Source: Eledone cirrhosa
Taxonomy: Eukaryota
Length of the DNA: 64,000 bases
Assembly (NCBI GenBank): GCA_964016885.1
Contig: OZ024761.1
Coordinates: 5,952,001-6,016,000 of the forward strand
Direction: 5' to 3'
Under the pieces are notes generated by a model. That model ran no database searches, was not told where the DNA came from, and saw nothing but the letters and a program-made list of their open reading frames with translations. The position numbers and the translations under genes are program-made. Of the stretch, positions 62,433 through 64,000 are shown piece after piece. Position 1 is the stretch's first letter. Each line of letters begins with the position of its first letter.

Positions 62433-63660
62433 TTACCACAACTACCACCACTACTACTACCACTACCGTCAATACTACCACTACTACTATTACCGCTGCT
62501 GCTACTATTACTACCACCATTACCACTACTACTACTACCACCACTACTATTACTGCTACTCACCATTACTACTACTACTACTACTACCACCACTACTACT
62601 ACTACCACTACCACTACTACCACCACTACTATTACTGCTACTACCACCAACACCATTACTACTACTACCACTACTACTACTACTACCACCACCACCACTA
62701 CCACTACTACCACCACTACTATTACTGCTACTACCACCAACACCATTACTACTACTACCGCTGCTGCTACTACTACTGTTTATGGCAGGACAGAGAAACG
62801 GGCGTAAACGGGACATTTGTATGTATTCAGCTATGAGGGGGGGGGGGATAACGGAAGAAAACATAGGACCGGCGGATGTGATGTGTGACAGTCACGTGGT
62901 TCATGAGAAGTGGGAGGGGAGGGCGTGACATGTCACCCATCGCCTCCTCACCTAATCAACCCAAGTTATGGAATGGTATGATTGTATATTGCCCTCCTAT
63001 AACCACCACCATTGCACCACCACAACACCACAACACCACCACAACACCACCACAACACCACCAGCACACAACCACCACACCACCACCACCACCACATAGC
63101 CACCACACCACCATCACCACCACCACACCACCACCACATCACCACCACCACCACGCCACCACCACATCAACACACCACCACCACCAACACAACACCACCA
63201 CCACACCACTACTACCACACCCCCACACCACACCCCCACCATACCACGCCGCCACACCACCACCACCATACCACCACCATACCCCCACACCACCACCACA
63301 CCACCACCACACCACACCACCACACCACCACCACAGCACCACACCACACCGCCACCACCATACCAGCACCACACCACATCACCACCACCACTACACCACA
63401 CCTCCACCACCACGCCGCCACCACAGCACCACACCACACCACCACCACCATACCAGCACCACACCACAACCACACCACACCGCCACCACCACCACACCAC
63501 CACACCGCCACCACCACACCACCACCACCACTACACCACCACCACGCCGCCACCACAGCACCACACCACACCACCACCACCATACCAGCACCACACCACA
63601 ACCACACCACACCGCCACCACACCACCACACCACCACCACCACACCACCACCACCACTAC
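60943..63660. repeat. Alternating (GGT)n, (GACA)n, (ACT)n and (CAC)n low-complexity blocks
   Basis: Direct reading. Confidence 0.9.
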
Positions 63661-64000
63661 ATTAACCAGTCACACATCCTTACACAATGTTTAAAGATTT
63701 TATTAGCTATTTACGTCGTCACTGATGCGGCTGACATCTTTGTTACGGAGCTTGTTTGATCTCCGCCATGACACACACACACACATATATATATATATAC
63801 AATCATATACACACACATACACATGTATACACACATATATATATATACACACACACACATATATATACACACACACATACACACACTTATATATACACAC
63901 TCATGTACACACATACGCACTCACATTCACATACACATACATACACACACATACACACACATACCCTCACATACACACACATACCCTCACATACACATAT

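Overview
AT-rich, repeat-saturated eukaryotic DNA, not prokaryotic. The tRNA-headed SINE family resembles the abundant octopus SINEs, so an octopod cephalopod is inferred. No intact protein-coding gene is supportable, and nearly all track ORFs are translations of microsatellites. Real content: a decayed, 5'-truncated and inverted Penelope-like element (RT + GIY-YIG, about 40180-41518, minus); a young non-autonomous LTR element (3056-5260; 341-bp LTRs, tRNA-Trp PBS, PPT, GCTT TSD); seven SINE copies; an RTE LINE tail; MITE and Helitron-like remnants; seven minisatellite or satellite arrays; and a 200-N gap. The main hidden signal is about 20 minimal type-I hammerhead ribozyme motifs from roughly 11 sequence families, read by eye. 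They sit in short islands between (TA)n tracts, mostly have loop-less or palindromic stem III (dimer-type), and show stem I covariation. Three carry the compensatory U3:A8 core. The islands repeatedly form long inverted duplications, consistent with a (TA)n-associated Penelope-like retroelement/ribozyme system. All structures were assigned by manual inspection, and no activity or database identity has been tested.
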